From: Deltaproteobacteria bacterium
Lineage (GTDB): Bacteria; Desulfobacterota; Dissulfuribacteria; Dissulfuribacterales; UBA3076
DNA length: 45,716 nucleotides
Direction of reading: 5' to 3'
NCBI GenBank assembly: GCA_027004715.1
Contig: JALTHG010000089.1
Span: 1 to 45,716, forward strand
Shown in pieces: positions 1 through 10,230 of this stretch. Below the pieces are notes generated by a model. The model saw only the letters and a list, made by a program, of their open reading frames with translations, did not search any database and was not told the DNA's origin. How positions within the stretch are numbered: the stretch's first letter is position 1; every line of letters begins with the position of its first letter. Position numbers and translations under genes: made by a program.

Positions 1-194
1 ACTATCCCTATGTTGTGTCATATTAAAATATCTCATCTAACTTATCGACAGGAGTGCATTCCCCAAAAGAGGAATCTCCTGATATGCCAGTCCCTATATG
101 ACATGGGGCACAAAGTCTACCTGCGCTTATATGATATCCAGAGGACATAAGACTACCATTGAAATCTAAGAGATGTGTGCTAATTTACTATAAG

Positions 195-307
195 AATAGC
201 CTATTAGACTGCGGGCTGAAGGCTGTTAGGTAAATTGTATTTTTATGGTATCTTAGTTTTTGACTTTTAGCCTAATAGGCTGACAGACTACAGTCTACCA
301 GGCTATT
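195..307. repeat. Imperfect ~36-bp inverted repeat built from 7-mer units
   Basis: Left arm AATAGCCTATTAGACTGCGGGCTGAAGGCTGTTAGG (195-230) pairs imperfectly with CCTAATAGGCTGACAGACTACAGTCTACCAGGCTATT (271-307) around an AT-rich spacer. Confidence 0.7.
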
Positions 308-339
308 TATTTCTTGTTTTTAGATCGGGACAAATTTTA

Positions 340-1233
340 ATGGTAAAAGCAGTTCAGGCCTTTATAGAGTTTCTCAGGATAGAAAGAGGTGGTTCACCAA
401 ATACATGCAAGGCCTATCGAAGGGACCTTGAGGGGCTGATAAGATTTATAGGTCCTGAGAGAGACCCTACTTCCATCACTGCCAGAGAGATCAGGGCATG
501 GCTTTCCTCTATGCAGAGGCAGGGGGCGAACAGGAATACTGTAGCCCGTGGCCTTGCCTCCATCCGGAGTTTTTTTAGATTTTTGCTAAGACAGGGGATA
601 ATAAAAAAGAGCCCTGCTGATGGCATAAGGGCACCACAAAAAGAGAAGGCCCTTCCTTTATGTCTCTCTGTAGACGAGGCCTTTTCCATGCTGGAAACTG
701 GAGAGTGTAGGGGATTTCAGCAGTTAAGGGACCGGGCCATCCTTGAGATGCTGTACAGCACAGGGATCAGGGTCAGTGAACTCTCAGGTCTGGATATCTC
801 GAGTATCTCTCTTTCACCTGAGATGGTACAGGTAAAAGGAAAAGGCAATAAAGAAAGGATAGTACCCTTTGGCATGAAGGCAGCCGAGGCATTAAAGGCC
901 TATATGCCTTTTAGGGATGCCCTGTTGGAGAGGTTACATCGTAGAGAGGAAAAGGCGGCATTTATAAACCGGATGGGCACCAGGTTGACTCCCAGGAGCA
1001 TAGAACGCCTGGTAACTAAAAGGAGGATAGAGACTGGAATGAACTCACCAGTCACTCCCCACACTTTTCGTCACTCTATGGCTACCCATCTCCTTGAATC
1101 AGGTGCAGACCTCAGGGCCATTCAGGAGATCTTAGGTCATGCAAGCCTTGCGACCACACAGCTCTATACACATCTAGACTTCGATCGCCTGAGTAAGGTA
1201 TACGACACCAGCCATCCCAGGGCACATAGATAA
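340..1233 (+). CDS. xerC: Tyrosine recombinase XerC
   Basis: Catalytic motifs LYSTGIRVSEL, KGKGNKER, HTFRHSMATH, LGH, TTQLYTH; lies directly upstream of hslVU. Confidence 0.92.
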   Translation: MVKAVQAFIEFLRIERGGSPNTCKAYRRDLEGLIRFIGPERDPTSITAREIRAWLSSMQRQGANRNTVARGLASIRSFFRFLLRQGIIKKSPADGIRAPQKEKALPLCLSVDEAFSMLETGECRGFQQLRDRAILEMLYSTGIRVSELSGLDISSISLSPEMVQVKGKGNKERIVPFGMKAAEALKAYMPFRDALLERLHRREEKAAFINRMGTRLTPRSIERLVTKRRIETGMNSPVTPHTFRHSMATHLLESGADLRAIQEILGHASLATTQLYTHLDFDRLSKVYDTSHPRAHR

Positions 1234-1304
1234 GAGAGGCCACTACCCTCAGTAAGGATGCCGGACCTCTGATAATATATTATAATAAAAGGATATAATG
1301 AGAC

Positions 1305-1859
1305 ATGATAAGGGATAATATTTATGGTACCACTGTATTAGCTATTCGTCACAATGGCCATGTGGTGCTTGCAGGCGATGGACAGGTGACAATGGGGAAT
1401 ACAGTTGTCAAGCACCAGGCGCGAAAGATCAGAAAACTCTATAATGGAAAGGTCCTTACTGGCTTTGCTGGTGCAACTGCAGATGCCTTTACACTATTTG
1501 AAAAACTTGAACAAAAGATCGAACAGTATAAAGGCAATCTGGTCCGGGCAGCCGTTGAACTCGCCAAGGAATGGCGTACAGATAAGATCTTGAGGCGGCT
1601 TGAGGCCCTGTTGATAGCAGTTGATCAAAAAAACTCCTTGCTTATATCGGGCTCTGGTGATGTAATAGAACCTGATGACAATATATTGGCTATAGGCTCT
1701 GGGGGTCCATATGCACTTGCTGCAGCCAGGGCCCTTGTGACCCACAGCAATCTCTCTGCCAGAGAAATTGCTGTGATCTCAATGAAGATAGCGGCATCTA
1801 TCTGTATATATACCAATGAAAATATAACAGTTGAAGCCCTAGAGACTCAGGAGGACTAA
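1305..1859 (+). CDS. hslV: ATP-dependent protease peptidase subunit HslV
   Basis: [44 protein letters not shown]. Confidence 0.97.
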   Translation: MIRDNIYGTTVLAIRHNGHVVLAGDGQVTMGNTVVKHQARKIRKLYNGKVLTGFAGATADAFTLFEKLEQKIEQYKGNLVRAAVELAKEWRTDKILRRLEALLIAVDQKNSLLISGSGDVIEPDDNILAIGSGGPYALAAARALVTHSNLSAREIAVISMKIAASICIYTNENITVEALETQED

Positions 1860-1867
1860 TAGATTAA

Positions 1868-3199
1868 GTGGAGACTACCGATGTCAGATATCTAACCCCA
1901 AAACAGATAGTAACTGAATTGGATAAATACATCATTGGCCAAGACCAGGCCAAGCGTTCAGTGGCCATTGCACTCCGAAATCGTTGGAGGAGACAGCAGG
2001 TCCCAGAGGCGCTCCGGGATGAGATCGCCCCCAAGAACATCATCATGATTGGCCCTACTGGAGTAGGTAAGACCGAGATAGCAAGACGTCTTGCCAGATT
2101 GGCAAATTCCCCCTTCCTCAAGATCGAGGCAAGCAAGTTCACTGAGGTAGGTTATGTGGGTAGAGACGTTGAATCCATGATCAGAGACCTTACCCATCTT
2201 GCAGTGGATATGGTGAAGTCTGAAGAAAAGGAAAAGGTAATAGAAAAGGCCAAGGGGCTGGCTGAAGAGCAGCTCCTGGATCTCTTGTTGCCAAATCTCA
2301 AGGCCGAAGAGAACAGCGCTACCAGAGAACGATTCCGCCAGATGCTGAGAGATGGGAAGCTGGACGATCGCTTTGTAGAATTGGAGGTCACTCAAAATGT
2401 CACCTCACCAATGGTAGAGATATTTGCTGCTGCAGGCATGGAGGAGATGCAGAGCAGCATCCAGGAGATGTTATCCAATGTCCTGCCTAGTAAGCAAAAG
2501 CGCCGCCATGTGAAGGTCTCTGAGGCCAAAAAGATCCTGGAACACGAGGCCTCAGGGAAACTGATAGATATGGAAAAAGTAGTAAAAGAGGCCATTACCC
2601 GCGTAGAGCAGTCTGGGATCATCTTCTTGGATGAAATCGATAAGGTTGCATGTAAGGGGGGTGGAGGTGCTGGTCCAGACGTCTCAAGGGAGGGGGTCCA
2701 GCGGGACCTCCTCCCTATAGTAGAGGGGACCTCTGTGCATACCAAATATGGCATTGTGCATACCGACCACATACTCTTTATTGCAAGTGGTGCATTTCAT
2801 GTCTCGAAGCCTTCTGACCTCTTGCCTGAACTTCAGGGGAGATTTCCGATCAGGGTAGAACTGGATGCCCTGACCCAGAGAGACTTTGTGAGGATACTTA
2901 CAGAGCCTGAAAATGCCCTGGTTACCCAATATAAGGCCCTGCTGGCCACAGAAGATATAGAGCTCACATTTGAGCCCGAGGCAATTGAAGAGATAGCCAG
3001 GACCTCTTTTGAGGTGAATGAACGCACAGAGAATATAGGTGCAAGGAGACTCCACACTGTGATGGAAAAATTGCTCGAGAATATATCCTTTGATGCCCCT
3101 GATATTGCCCCAAGGCACGTACAGATAACGGCTGACTATGTCAAGAGGAGTCTGAGTGATATAGCCAAAGACGTGGACCTCAGCAGGTTCATTTTGTGA
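1868..3199 (+). CDS. hslU: ATP-dependent protease ATPase subunit HslU
   Basis: GPTGVGKTE Walker [10 protein letters not shown] pore loop, [16 protein letters not shown]-terminal LSRFIL. Confidence 0.97.
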   Translation: METTDVRYLTPKQIVTELDKYIIGQDQAKRSVAIALRNRWRRQQVPEALRDEIAPKNIIMIGPTGVGKTEIARRLARLANSPFLKIEASKFTEVGYVGRDVESMIRDLTHLAVDMVKSEEKEKVIEKAKGLAEEQLLDLLLPNLKAEENSATRERFRQMLRDGKLDDRFVELEVTQNVTSPMVEIFAAAGMEEMQSSIQEMLSNVLPSKQKRRHVKVSEAKKILEHEASGKLIDMEKVVKEAITRVEQSGIIFLDEIDKVACKGGGGAGPDVSREGVQRDLLPIVEGTSVHTKYGIVHTDHILFIASGAFHVSKPSDLLPELQGRFPIRVELDALTQRDFVRILTEPENALVTQYKALLATEDIELTFEPEAIEEIARTSFEVNERTENIGARRLHTVMEKLLENISFDAPDIAPRHVQITADYVKRSLSDIAKDVDLSRFIL

Positions 3200-3210
3200 C
3201 CAGGTGATCT

Positions 3211-4089
3211 GTGGATAGTCTGTCAAGGGCCCAGATTCTCATAGAGGCCCTTCCCTATATCCGAGAATTTGCTACCAAGACCGTTGTCATAAAGTATGGC
3301 GGTCATGCCATGGCAAGAGAATCCCTAAGGAAGCAGTTTGTCCTGGACATCGTCTTGATGAAGTATGTAGGTATCAGCCCAATCATTATCCATGGAGGTG
3401 GACCACAGATCAACCATATAATGGAGAGAATGGGTATCAGATCTACATTTATCGATGGCCAGCGGGTTACTGACGACGAGACCATGAGTGTAGTAGAGAT
3501 GGTATTGGTTGGCACAGTTAATAAAGAGATAGTGGGGCTAATCAACCGCCATGGGGGCATGGCAGTGGGTCTGTCTGGCAGAGACGGTGACCTCATACAG
3601 GCAGATCCCATGAAGATCTATAGATATACAGGGGATGAACGCCCACCTGAAATTATAGATATAGGGAGGGTAGGTAAGGTCGTAAAGGTCAACACCAGAG
3701 TACTCAAGGCCCTTGAGGACTCTGGATTTATACCAGTTATAGCCCCAGTAGGTGTTGGACCTGAGGGACAGGCATATAATATAAATGCTGACCTCGTTGC
3801 AGGGGCGATAGCTGGAGAATTGAGGGCCAAGAGGCTCATACTCCTTACAGATGTCCCTGGAGTCATGGGGGCACAGGGCACGCTTATACCATCTATAAGG
3901 GCCTCTGAAGCAAAGAGGCTCATAGAGGACGGCAGTGTGACTGGAGGTATGATTCCAAAGATCAAGGCATGTCTCAAGGCCCTCAGACAAGGGGTAGAAA
4001 AGGCACATATAGTAGATGGAAGAAAGGGACATGCCATCTTGTTGGAACTCTTGACAGATGCCGGAGTTGGGACGGAGATAGTTCAGTGA
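3211..4089 (+). CDS. argB: Acetylglutamate kinase
   Basis: VIKYGGHAM, HGGGPQI, YNINAD, GGMIPK. Confidence 0.96.
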   Translation: MDSLSRAQILIEALPYIREFATKTVVIKYGGHAMARESLRKQFVLDIVLMKYVGISPIIIHGGGPQINHIMERMGIRSTFIDGQRVTDDETMSVVEMVLVGTVNKEIVGLINRHGGMAVGLSGRDGDLIQADPMKIYRYTGDERPPEIIDIGRVGKVVKVNTRVLKALEDSGFIPVIAPVGVGPEGQAYNINADLVAGAIAGELRAKRLILLTDVPGVMGAQGTLIPSIRASEAKRLIEDGSVTGGMIPKIKACLKALRQGVEKAHIVDGRKGHAILLELLTDAGVGTEIVQ

Positions 4090-5294
4090 TGACAGGATCA
4101 ATAGATAATAGTGCTGCAGGAGGATCACCATCTCCCCTGGCCAATACGTATACCCGCTTTCCTGCGACACTGGTAAGGGGAGAAGGATGTAGGGTCTGGG
4201 ACGATAAAGGGAGAGAATACCTGGACTTTGCTGCTGGGATTGCAGTATGTAGTCTGGGACACTGCAATCCTGCAGTCACAGAGGCAATAACCCGTCAGGC
4301 CAAGACCCTGGTCCACGTCTCGAATCTCTATTGGACCCTTCCACAGATAGAAGTAGCGAGGCTCCTTATAGAGAAGTCCTTTGCAGACAGGGTATTTTTT
4401 TGCAATTCAGGGGCAGAGGCCGTAGAAGGGGCGCTAAAGCTCGCAAGGCACTATGGCCACGATAGACACGGTCCAGACTGTTATGAGGTGATCTCTCTGG
4501 AAGGCTCATTCCATGGCCGCACCCTTGCAACAGTAGCTGCCACTGGACAGACTGTATATCAGTGCGGTTTTGAGCCTATGCCTGCAGGTTTTCTCCATGT
4601 CCCGATCAACAACATAGATGCACTGGAGATGGCTGCCAGTCCAAGGACCGCTGCGATCCTGATCGAGCCTATCCAGGGAGAGGGAGGGGTACGGCCTATA
4701 TCTGATGAGTATCTCTCTGCCGCCAGGGAGATCTGTGATCGCCTGGATGCCCTGCTCATCTTTGATGAGGTCCAGGTGGGAATGGGAAGGACCGGAACGC
4801 TATTTGCGTATGAGCAGACCCCTGTAGTCCCTGATGTAGTCTGCCTTGCAAAGGCCCTGGGAAACGGATTTCCTATTGGGGCAATGATGGCAAGAGAGGA
4901 AGTCATGTCACACCTCCCGCCTGGGAGCCACGCCTCAACCTTTGGTGGAAATCCAGTGGCCTGTGCAGCAGCAAAGGTGGTACTTGAGACCCTGACTTCA
5001 CCTGGTTTCTTAGATGAGGTCATGGAAAAAGGTCACTATATGGGAAAAGGCCTTGGGTCCCTGGCAAAGAGGTACCCAGAGACAGTCCTTGAGGCCAGGG
5101 GAAGGGGGCTGATCCAGGCCATTGAATTCAGAAAGCCAGTACCTGACCTGGGGAACAGACTTATGGATAGAGGCTTTCTTGCACTACTTACACAACAGAA
5201 GATACTCCGCATGGTACCACCCCTTATTGTGACAGAGACGGAAATAGATAGTCTACTTGCAGCACTTGAGGAGATTATTCCCACCTATGAATAG
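4089..5294 (+). CDS. argD: Acetylornithine aminotransferase (class III PLP)
   Basis: FFCNSGAEA, FHGRT, EPIQGEGG, DEVQVGMGRTG, AKALGNG, STFGGNP; start placed at ATG 4089, coupled to the argB stop (TGATG). Confidence 0.93.
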   Translation: MTGSIDNSAAGGSPSPLANTYTRFPATLVRGEGCRVWDDKGREYLDFAAGIAVCSLGHCNPAVTEAITRQAKTLVHVSNLYWTLPQIEVARLLIEKSFADRVFFCNSGAEAVEGALKLARHYGHDRHGPDCYEVISLEGSFHGRTLATVAATGQTVYQCGFEPMPAGFLHVPINNIDALEMAASPRTAAILIEPIQGEGGVRPISDEYLSAAREICDRLDALLIFDEVQVGMGRTGTLFAYEQTPVVPDVVCLAKALGNGFPIGAMMAREEVMSHLPPGSHASTFGGNPVACAAAKVVLETLTSPGFLDEVMEKGHYMGKGLGSLAKRYPETVLEARGRGLIQAIEFRKPVPDLGNRLMDRGFLALLTQQKILRMVPPLIVTETEIDSLLAALEEIIPTYE

Positions 5295-6234
5295 ATTGAC
5301 AGATCCAAAATCCATGGGTCCGAGACACTATCTCACTGTCTTTGACCTCTCTTGTGAAGAGATTTTATCTCTTATTAATTCTGGCTTGAGACTCAAGAGA
5401 CACTGTAAGTCAGGCCTCCCCTACAGGCCTGCTATAGGTAAGGTCCTGGGTCTCCTGTTTGAGAAGGCATCTACAAGGACACGGGTCTCCTTTGAGAGTG
5501 CCATGCTCCAGATGGGTGGAAGCACGGTCTTTATGCCTTCAAGAGACCTCCAGCTGGGGAGGGGAGAGTCCTTGAAGGACACGGCCAGGGTACTCTCTCG
5601 ATATCTGGACTGCATTGTGGTACGTACCTTTGGCCAGGAGATAGTGGATGAAATTGCCAGGTGGGCAGACATCCCTGTAATCAATGGGCTCACAGACCTA
5701 CATCATCCATGCCAGGTACTCTCTGACATCATGACTGTCATAGAACACAGAGGAAGAGACCTAAAGACCCTCAAAATGGTCTGGATAGGAGATGGAAACA
5801 ATGTGGCCCACTCATGGATCCAGGCCGCAAGTCGCCTTGGCTTTGGTCTGACCCTTGCCTGTCCTGAAGGCTATAGGCCTGACAGAAAGATCTTAGAGAC
5901 CGCCCAGGCAGAGGCCACGGCACCTATAACGGTCTTAACTGACCCTGTAGAGGCAATCAGGGATGCAGATGTCGTAAATACAGATGTGTGGGTCAGCATG
6001 GGACAGGAGAAAGAGGCCCAGAAGCGCAGGGAGATATTTGCCCCATATCAGGTAAATACGCGACTCCTTGCCAAGGCAAATGCAGATGTTATTGTCCTCC
6101 ACTGCCTGCCTGCTCATAGAGAAGAAGAGATAAGCGAGGGGGTATTAGAGGGTCCAAATTCAGTAGTTTGGGACCAGGCAGAAAACAAGATGTACTTACA
6201 CATGGCCATACTGAAGTGGGCTATGAGGTTGTAA
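5287..6234 (+). CDS. argF: Ornithine carbamoyltransferase
   Basis: STRTRVSFE, HPCQ, TDVWVSMG, HCLP; start placed at ATG 5287, overlapping the argD stop. Confidence 0.95.
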   Translation: MNRLTDPKSMGPRHYLTVFDLSCEEILSLINSGLRLKRHCKSGLPYRPAIGKVLGLLFEKASTRTRVSFESAMLQMGGSTVFMPSRDLQLGRGESLKDTARVLSRYLDCIVVRTFGQEIVDEIARWADIPVINGLTDLHHPCQVLSDIMTVIEHRGRDLKTLKMVWIGDGNNVAHSWIQAASRLGFGLTLACPEGYRPDRKILETAQAEATAPITVLTDPVEAIRDADVVNTDVWVSMGQEKEAQKRREIFAPYQVNTRLLAKANADVIVLHCLPAHREEEISEGVLEGPNSVVWDQAENKMYLHMAILKWAMRL

Positions 6235-6330
6235 ATAGATCACTGCACCATATGTAAATCTTATAGTTGTATCAGTCTGTATTGGTAAATTCAATTTGCC
6301 TCATCGATCTTTGTGAAATAGAATTGTTGT

Positions 6331-7392
6331 ATGTATCGAGACGTCTGTGAATTAAACTCTATACGCCTTGCCGAGAGCGTAAAGGCCTCTGGTTGAGCCA
6401 GCAAGCTCCCTCCAGGGTACCTGGAGGAAATCCTGAAGGGCTTGCCTATAGAGGCCCACCCTGACCTCTTGGTGGGTCGAGAGACCTCTGACGACGCAGG
6501 CGTAATCCGTATCAAGGAAGACCTGGCTCTGATCCAGACCGTAGACTTCTTCACCCCTATAGTAAATGATCCCAGAGACTTTGGCAGGATTGCCGCAGTC
6601 AATGCCCTGAGCGATGTCTATGCCATGGGTGGAAGGCCCCTGACGGCAATGAACCTGGTATGTTTTCCTGAAAAAGAGATCCCCATGGAGGTACTTAAGG
6701 AGATCCTCCTTGGAGGGCTCGAGATAATTCATGAGTCTGGGGCACTCCTGGTAGGTGGGCACAGTATAGATGATCCTGAGATAAAATATGGCCTGAGCAT
6801 TACAGGTACTATAGATCCAAAAGAGGTGGTGACAAATGCAGGGGCCCAAGTTGGAGACCACCTGATACTCACTAAGCCCTTGGGGACTGGCATTCTGGCC
6901 ACGGCAGTCAAGGGACGCATGCTCTCGCATGAGGTCGAACAGGAGGCGATAAAGTGGATGGCCACGCTCAACAGAGATGCCGCTTCTGCCATGCAGGCCA
7001 TAGGGGTCCATGCCTGTACAGACATTACTGGATTTGGTCTCCTGGGCCATGCCCTGAAGATGGCAGTGAGCTCAGGCGTAGACATCCAGTTCTGGGCCTC
7101 TCGTGTCCCTATTCTGCCTTCAGTTTTAGATATGGCCAATATGGGGATGATTCCAGCAGGCAGCTTTGCCAATCGGAAATATTGCCAGGACTCTGTAATT
7201 ATAGATAGGGGCGTAGACGCCGTGCTAGTAGACTGTATGGCAGACGCTCAGACCTCAGGAGGGCTCCTGATTGCAGTCCCAGAGGAACGCACGACTGCAC
7301 TGCACAACGAGCTTGAACACAGAGGCGTCTTCCATTCAGAGATAGGCCAGGTAATCAATACCTCTCAGGGACGCATCTATATCTCACCTTGA
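6331..7392 (+). CDS. selD: Selenophosphate synthetase (selenide, water dikinase), selenocysteine-containing
   Basis: ORF 6442-7392 has DDAGV, TVDFFTP, NALSDVYAMGG, GGHSIDD, TDITGFGLLGH, DAQTSGGLL. Reading in frame from ATG 6331 gives MYRDVCELNSIRLAESVKASG-[TGA 6394-6396]-ASKLPPG, with TGA at the catalytic Cys/Sec position. Confidence 0.95.
6409..6427 (+). promoter_or_regulatory. Bacterial SECIS hairpin of selD
   Basis: CCTCCAGG-GTA-CCTGGAGG, a perfect 8-bp stem with a G-then-U apical loop, starting 13 nt after the in-frame TGA. Confidence 0.8.
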
Positions 7393-7400
7393 TCTCCACT

Positions 7401-8981
7401 CTAGAGTTCTATGGCCTGGGCCTTACTGACACCGTCCTGTCTCTGGAGTTGGGACAGGACGTCTTCTCCTACGTGTTCATCTGTAGTGAGGAGTATTACG
7501 TTCCGGTGATGGTCTGGGTCCTGGCCTACCTGCATTAAAGCGATATTTATGCCTGCATTGCCTAATGTGACACCAATGCGACCAATTATTCCCGGTCTGT
7601 CTTCATTATAGATGAGCAACATATGCCCCTCTGGAATGGCCTCCAGACGAAAGTCATTGATCTTTAGGAGGCGAAGCTCTCTTTTCCCAAATATGGTCCC
7701 TGCCAGGGTATTAGTGCCATCTCCAGTCTTTACGGACACAGTAAGGAGGCTGGTAAAGTCCTCAGAGGTCTTACTCTTGGACTCGATTACCTTTATGCCT
7801 CGTTCTTCGGCCAGTATTGGGGCATTCACAAAGTTTATATCCTCTTTGAGTATGGGGCTAAGGAGGCCCTTAAGCACGGATACAGTAACGGGTCCAGTAT
7901 CAAAATCTGCTATATCTCCTTGATATGATATGCTCACTTCCTCTACAGGTGCAGTGGCAAGATGGGCATGGAAGGCACCCAGCCTCTCTGCCAGGGTAAG
8001 AGTAGGTCTCAACTGGGCCAAGACCTCACCACTTACCGACGGCATATTTACGGCATTTCTTACTTCTCCCTTTGTAAGATAGTCTACTATCTGTCTGGCA
8101 ATGGCCACAGCGACATTCTCCTGTGCCTCTTTAGTAGAGGCACCAAGATGAGGAGTACAGATAAAGTTTTCCTGAGAGAACAGGGGATGCCCTCCACTGA
8201 CAGGTTCTGTCTCAAAGACATCTAAGGCGGCCCCTGCCACCTTCCCTGTCTTCATGGCATCATATAGATCCTGCTCGTTGACAATCCCCCCACGGGCACA
8301 GTTGAGGATCATTACCCCGTCCTTCATTTTTTTAAAGAGATCAGAATTTATAAGCCCCCTTGTCTCTTTGGTGAGTGGGGTGTGCACGGTTATATAGTCG
8401 GCCCTGGCAAGGAGATCATCAAGACTGACCAATTCTGCCCCCAGCTTCTCGGCCATGTCTGGACGTATGTGTGGGTCATATGCCACTACCTTCATCTGGA
8501 GACCTCGGGCCAATCGGCAGACAATATTCCCGATCCGTCCTATGCCTATGATCCCAAGGGTCTTTCCTGCCACCTCTTGACCTGAAAAGCGCCCTTTTTC
8601 CCACTTCCCTGCCTTCATAGAGGCAGTGGCCTGAGGGATGTGGCGTGAAAGTGCCATCAGCATGGCTATACTGTGCTCGGCAGCAGAGTTGGAATTGCCC
8701 CCTGGCGTATTCATCACCACAATGCCTCGTCTGTTGCAGGCATCTATGTCTACATTGTCAAGACCTGTACCAGCCCTCCCTATTACCTTTAGTGTCCGTG
8801 CGGCATCTACTACCTCCTTCGTCACCTTGGTATTACTGCGAATCACCAGGGCGTGGGCATCCTGTATGACCTTGAGTAGCTCAGCACGAGAAGGCCTGAG
8901 GCACTCCTCTACATCCAGTCCAGCAGCCTTCAAGATCTCGATTCCCTCTCTTGCTATTGGATCAGTTATCAGGACTTTCAT
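7401..8981 (-). CDS. serA: D-3-phosphoglycerate dehydrogenase (type I, with ASB and ACT domains)
   Basis: RAGTGLDNVD, GIGRIG, NCARGG, TPHLGAST, C-terminal DRPGIIG ACT domain; alternative start at 9005. Confidence 0.95.
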   Translation of the reverse strand: MKVLITDPIAREGIEILKAAGLDVEECLRPSRAELLKVIQDAHALVIRSNTKVTKEVVDAARTLKVIGRAGTGLDNVDIDACNRRGIVVMNTPGGNSNSAAEHSIAMLMALSRHIPQATASMKAGKWEKGRFSGQEVAGKTLGIIGIGRIGNIVCRLARGLQMKVVAYDPHIRPDMAEKLGAELVSLDDLLARADYITVHTPLTKETRGLINSDLFKKMKDGVMILNCARGGIVNEQDLYDAMKTGKVAGAALDVFETEPVSGGHPLFSQENFICTPHLGASTKEAQENVAVAIARQIVDYLTKGEVRNAVNMPSVSGEVLAQLRPTLTLAERLGAFHAHLATAPVEEVSISYQGDIADFDTGPVTVSVLKGLLSPILKEDINFVNAPILAEERGIKVIESKSKTSEDFTSLLTVSVKTGDGTNTLAGTIFGKRELRLLKINDFRLEAIPEGHMLLIYNEDRPGIIGRIGVTLGNAGINIALMQVGQDPDHHRNVILLTTDEHVGEDVLSQLQRQDGVSKAQAIEL

Positions 8982-9052
8982 AGTATCTATCTGGCCTCTC
9001 TCCATTCGTATAAAACTATAGACAATGAAAATATCCCCTTTTTAAATCTTTT

Positions 9053-10192
9053 TCAATTTTGGACAAGATATGCCTCTGCAGCGGCCACGCCCTTTCCAGG
9101 CTCTACAGGATAACCGAGCCGATTGAGCACCCTTTCTAATGCAGCCAGGGCGATAAGCATATCCCATTCATCCAGGTATCCCATGTGGGAGATACGAAAG
9201 ATCTTGCCCCTGGCCTGTGCCTGACCACCTGCAATGGTAATACCATACTCCTCTCTAAGGAGCTTCACCACGTCCTGAGCATCTATTCCCTCTGGGGCCT
9301 TAACGGCCGTGACAGACTCAGAGGGTGCCTTAGAAAATAGCTCCAGCCCCATGGCAGTTATCCCTGCCTTCGTGGCCTCTGAGAGCCGTCTGTGGTGTGC
9401 ATAGAGAGCGGGAAGGCCTGTCTTAATTATCTTATTGAGTACCTCTCTCAAGCCAATTATCAGGGAAACTGCAGGGGTAAAGGCCGTAGTCTGTCTTGCA
9501 ATGGCCTTTCGTTCTCTCAAAAAGTCAAAGTAATATCGCGGCAGCCGGGCCTCCTGTGCAAACTTCCATGCCTTTTCGCTGACACTCACAAATGCCAGGC
9601 CAGGAGGTAGAGAAAGGGCCTTCTGGGAGCCTGTTACTACTACATCCAGGCCCCAGTCGTCTGTCTTAAGTTCATAGACCCCAAGTGCACTTATGGCATC
9701 CACTACCAATACCGTATTCGGCCTCTCTTTCAGCATTATCCCCAATTCCCTTACTGGATGTTTGACCCCAGTCGATGTCTCATGGGCCTGTACAAACACT
9801 GCCTTGACATCTGGGTTGTCATCCAGGGCCTTCTTGACCTCCTGTGGGTCCACGGCCTCTCCCCAGGTAACCTCCAGATTGATGGCCTCTACTTTATAGG
9901 CATTACAGAGCTCAGACCAACGTTCGCCAAATTTGCCCCCTCGGACTACTATGGCCTTATCTCCAGGGGATAAGAGATTGACGACCGAGGCCTCCATACC
10001 CCCGGTGCCAGAAGATGCCAGAATCAAGACATCATTTCTTGTCTGATATAGATATTTAAGGCCCTCTCGGACCTCAGTAAGAATAGCTGAAAACTCTGGT
10101 GAACGATGGTGAATAACAGGCCTTGACATTTCTGCAAGGACTTCTGGATCAACGGTCACAGGACCTGGAGCCATGAGGTAAGATTTATCCAT
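9053..10192 (-). CDS. Class V PLP aminotransferase (alanine-glyoxylate/serine-pyruvate family), probable phosphoserine aminotransferase
   Basis: APGPV, HHRSPEF, SSGTGGMEA, HETSTGV, DAISALG, GSQKAL, FRISHMG; co-directional with and immediately upstream of serA. Confidence 0.85.
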   Translation of the reverse strand: MDKSYLMAPGPVTVDPEVLAEMSRPVIHHRSPEFSAILTEVREGLKYLYQTRNDVLILASSGTGGMEASVVNLLSPGDKAIVVRGGKFGERWSELCNAYKVEAINLEVTWGEAVDPQEVKKALDDNPDVKAVFVQAHETSTGVKHPVRELGIMLKERPNTVLVVDAISALGVYELKTDDWGLDVVVTGSQKALSLPPGLAFVSVSEKAWKFAQEARLPRYYFDFLRERKAIARQTTAFTPAVSLIIGLREVLNKIIKTGLPALYAHHRRLSEATKAGITAMGLELFSKAPSESVTAVKAPEGIDAQDVVKLLREEYGITIAGGQAQARGKIFRISHMGYLDEWDMLIALAALERVLNRLGYPVEPGKGVAAAEAYLVQN

Positions 10193-10230
10193 TATTTCCT
10201 TCCTTTATCTTTGATTAGTAGCTGGTTTTG

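Noticed and set aside
340-1233. Tyrosine recombinase as a possible phage or island integrase
   Set aside because: Its size, motifs and xerC-hslV-hslU context mark it as housekeeping XerC; no att sites or cargo were seen
3969-4088. 40-aa N-terminal extension of argD in the ORF track
   Set aside because: It lies inside argB; the TGATG coupling at 4087-4091 gives a better start
6352-7050. 232-aa antisense ORF over selD, and similar shadows at 3538-4170, 18113-18787 and 2684-3226
   Set aside because: No recognisable motifs; they are antisense to well-conserved genes and consistent with codon-bias shadows
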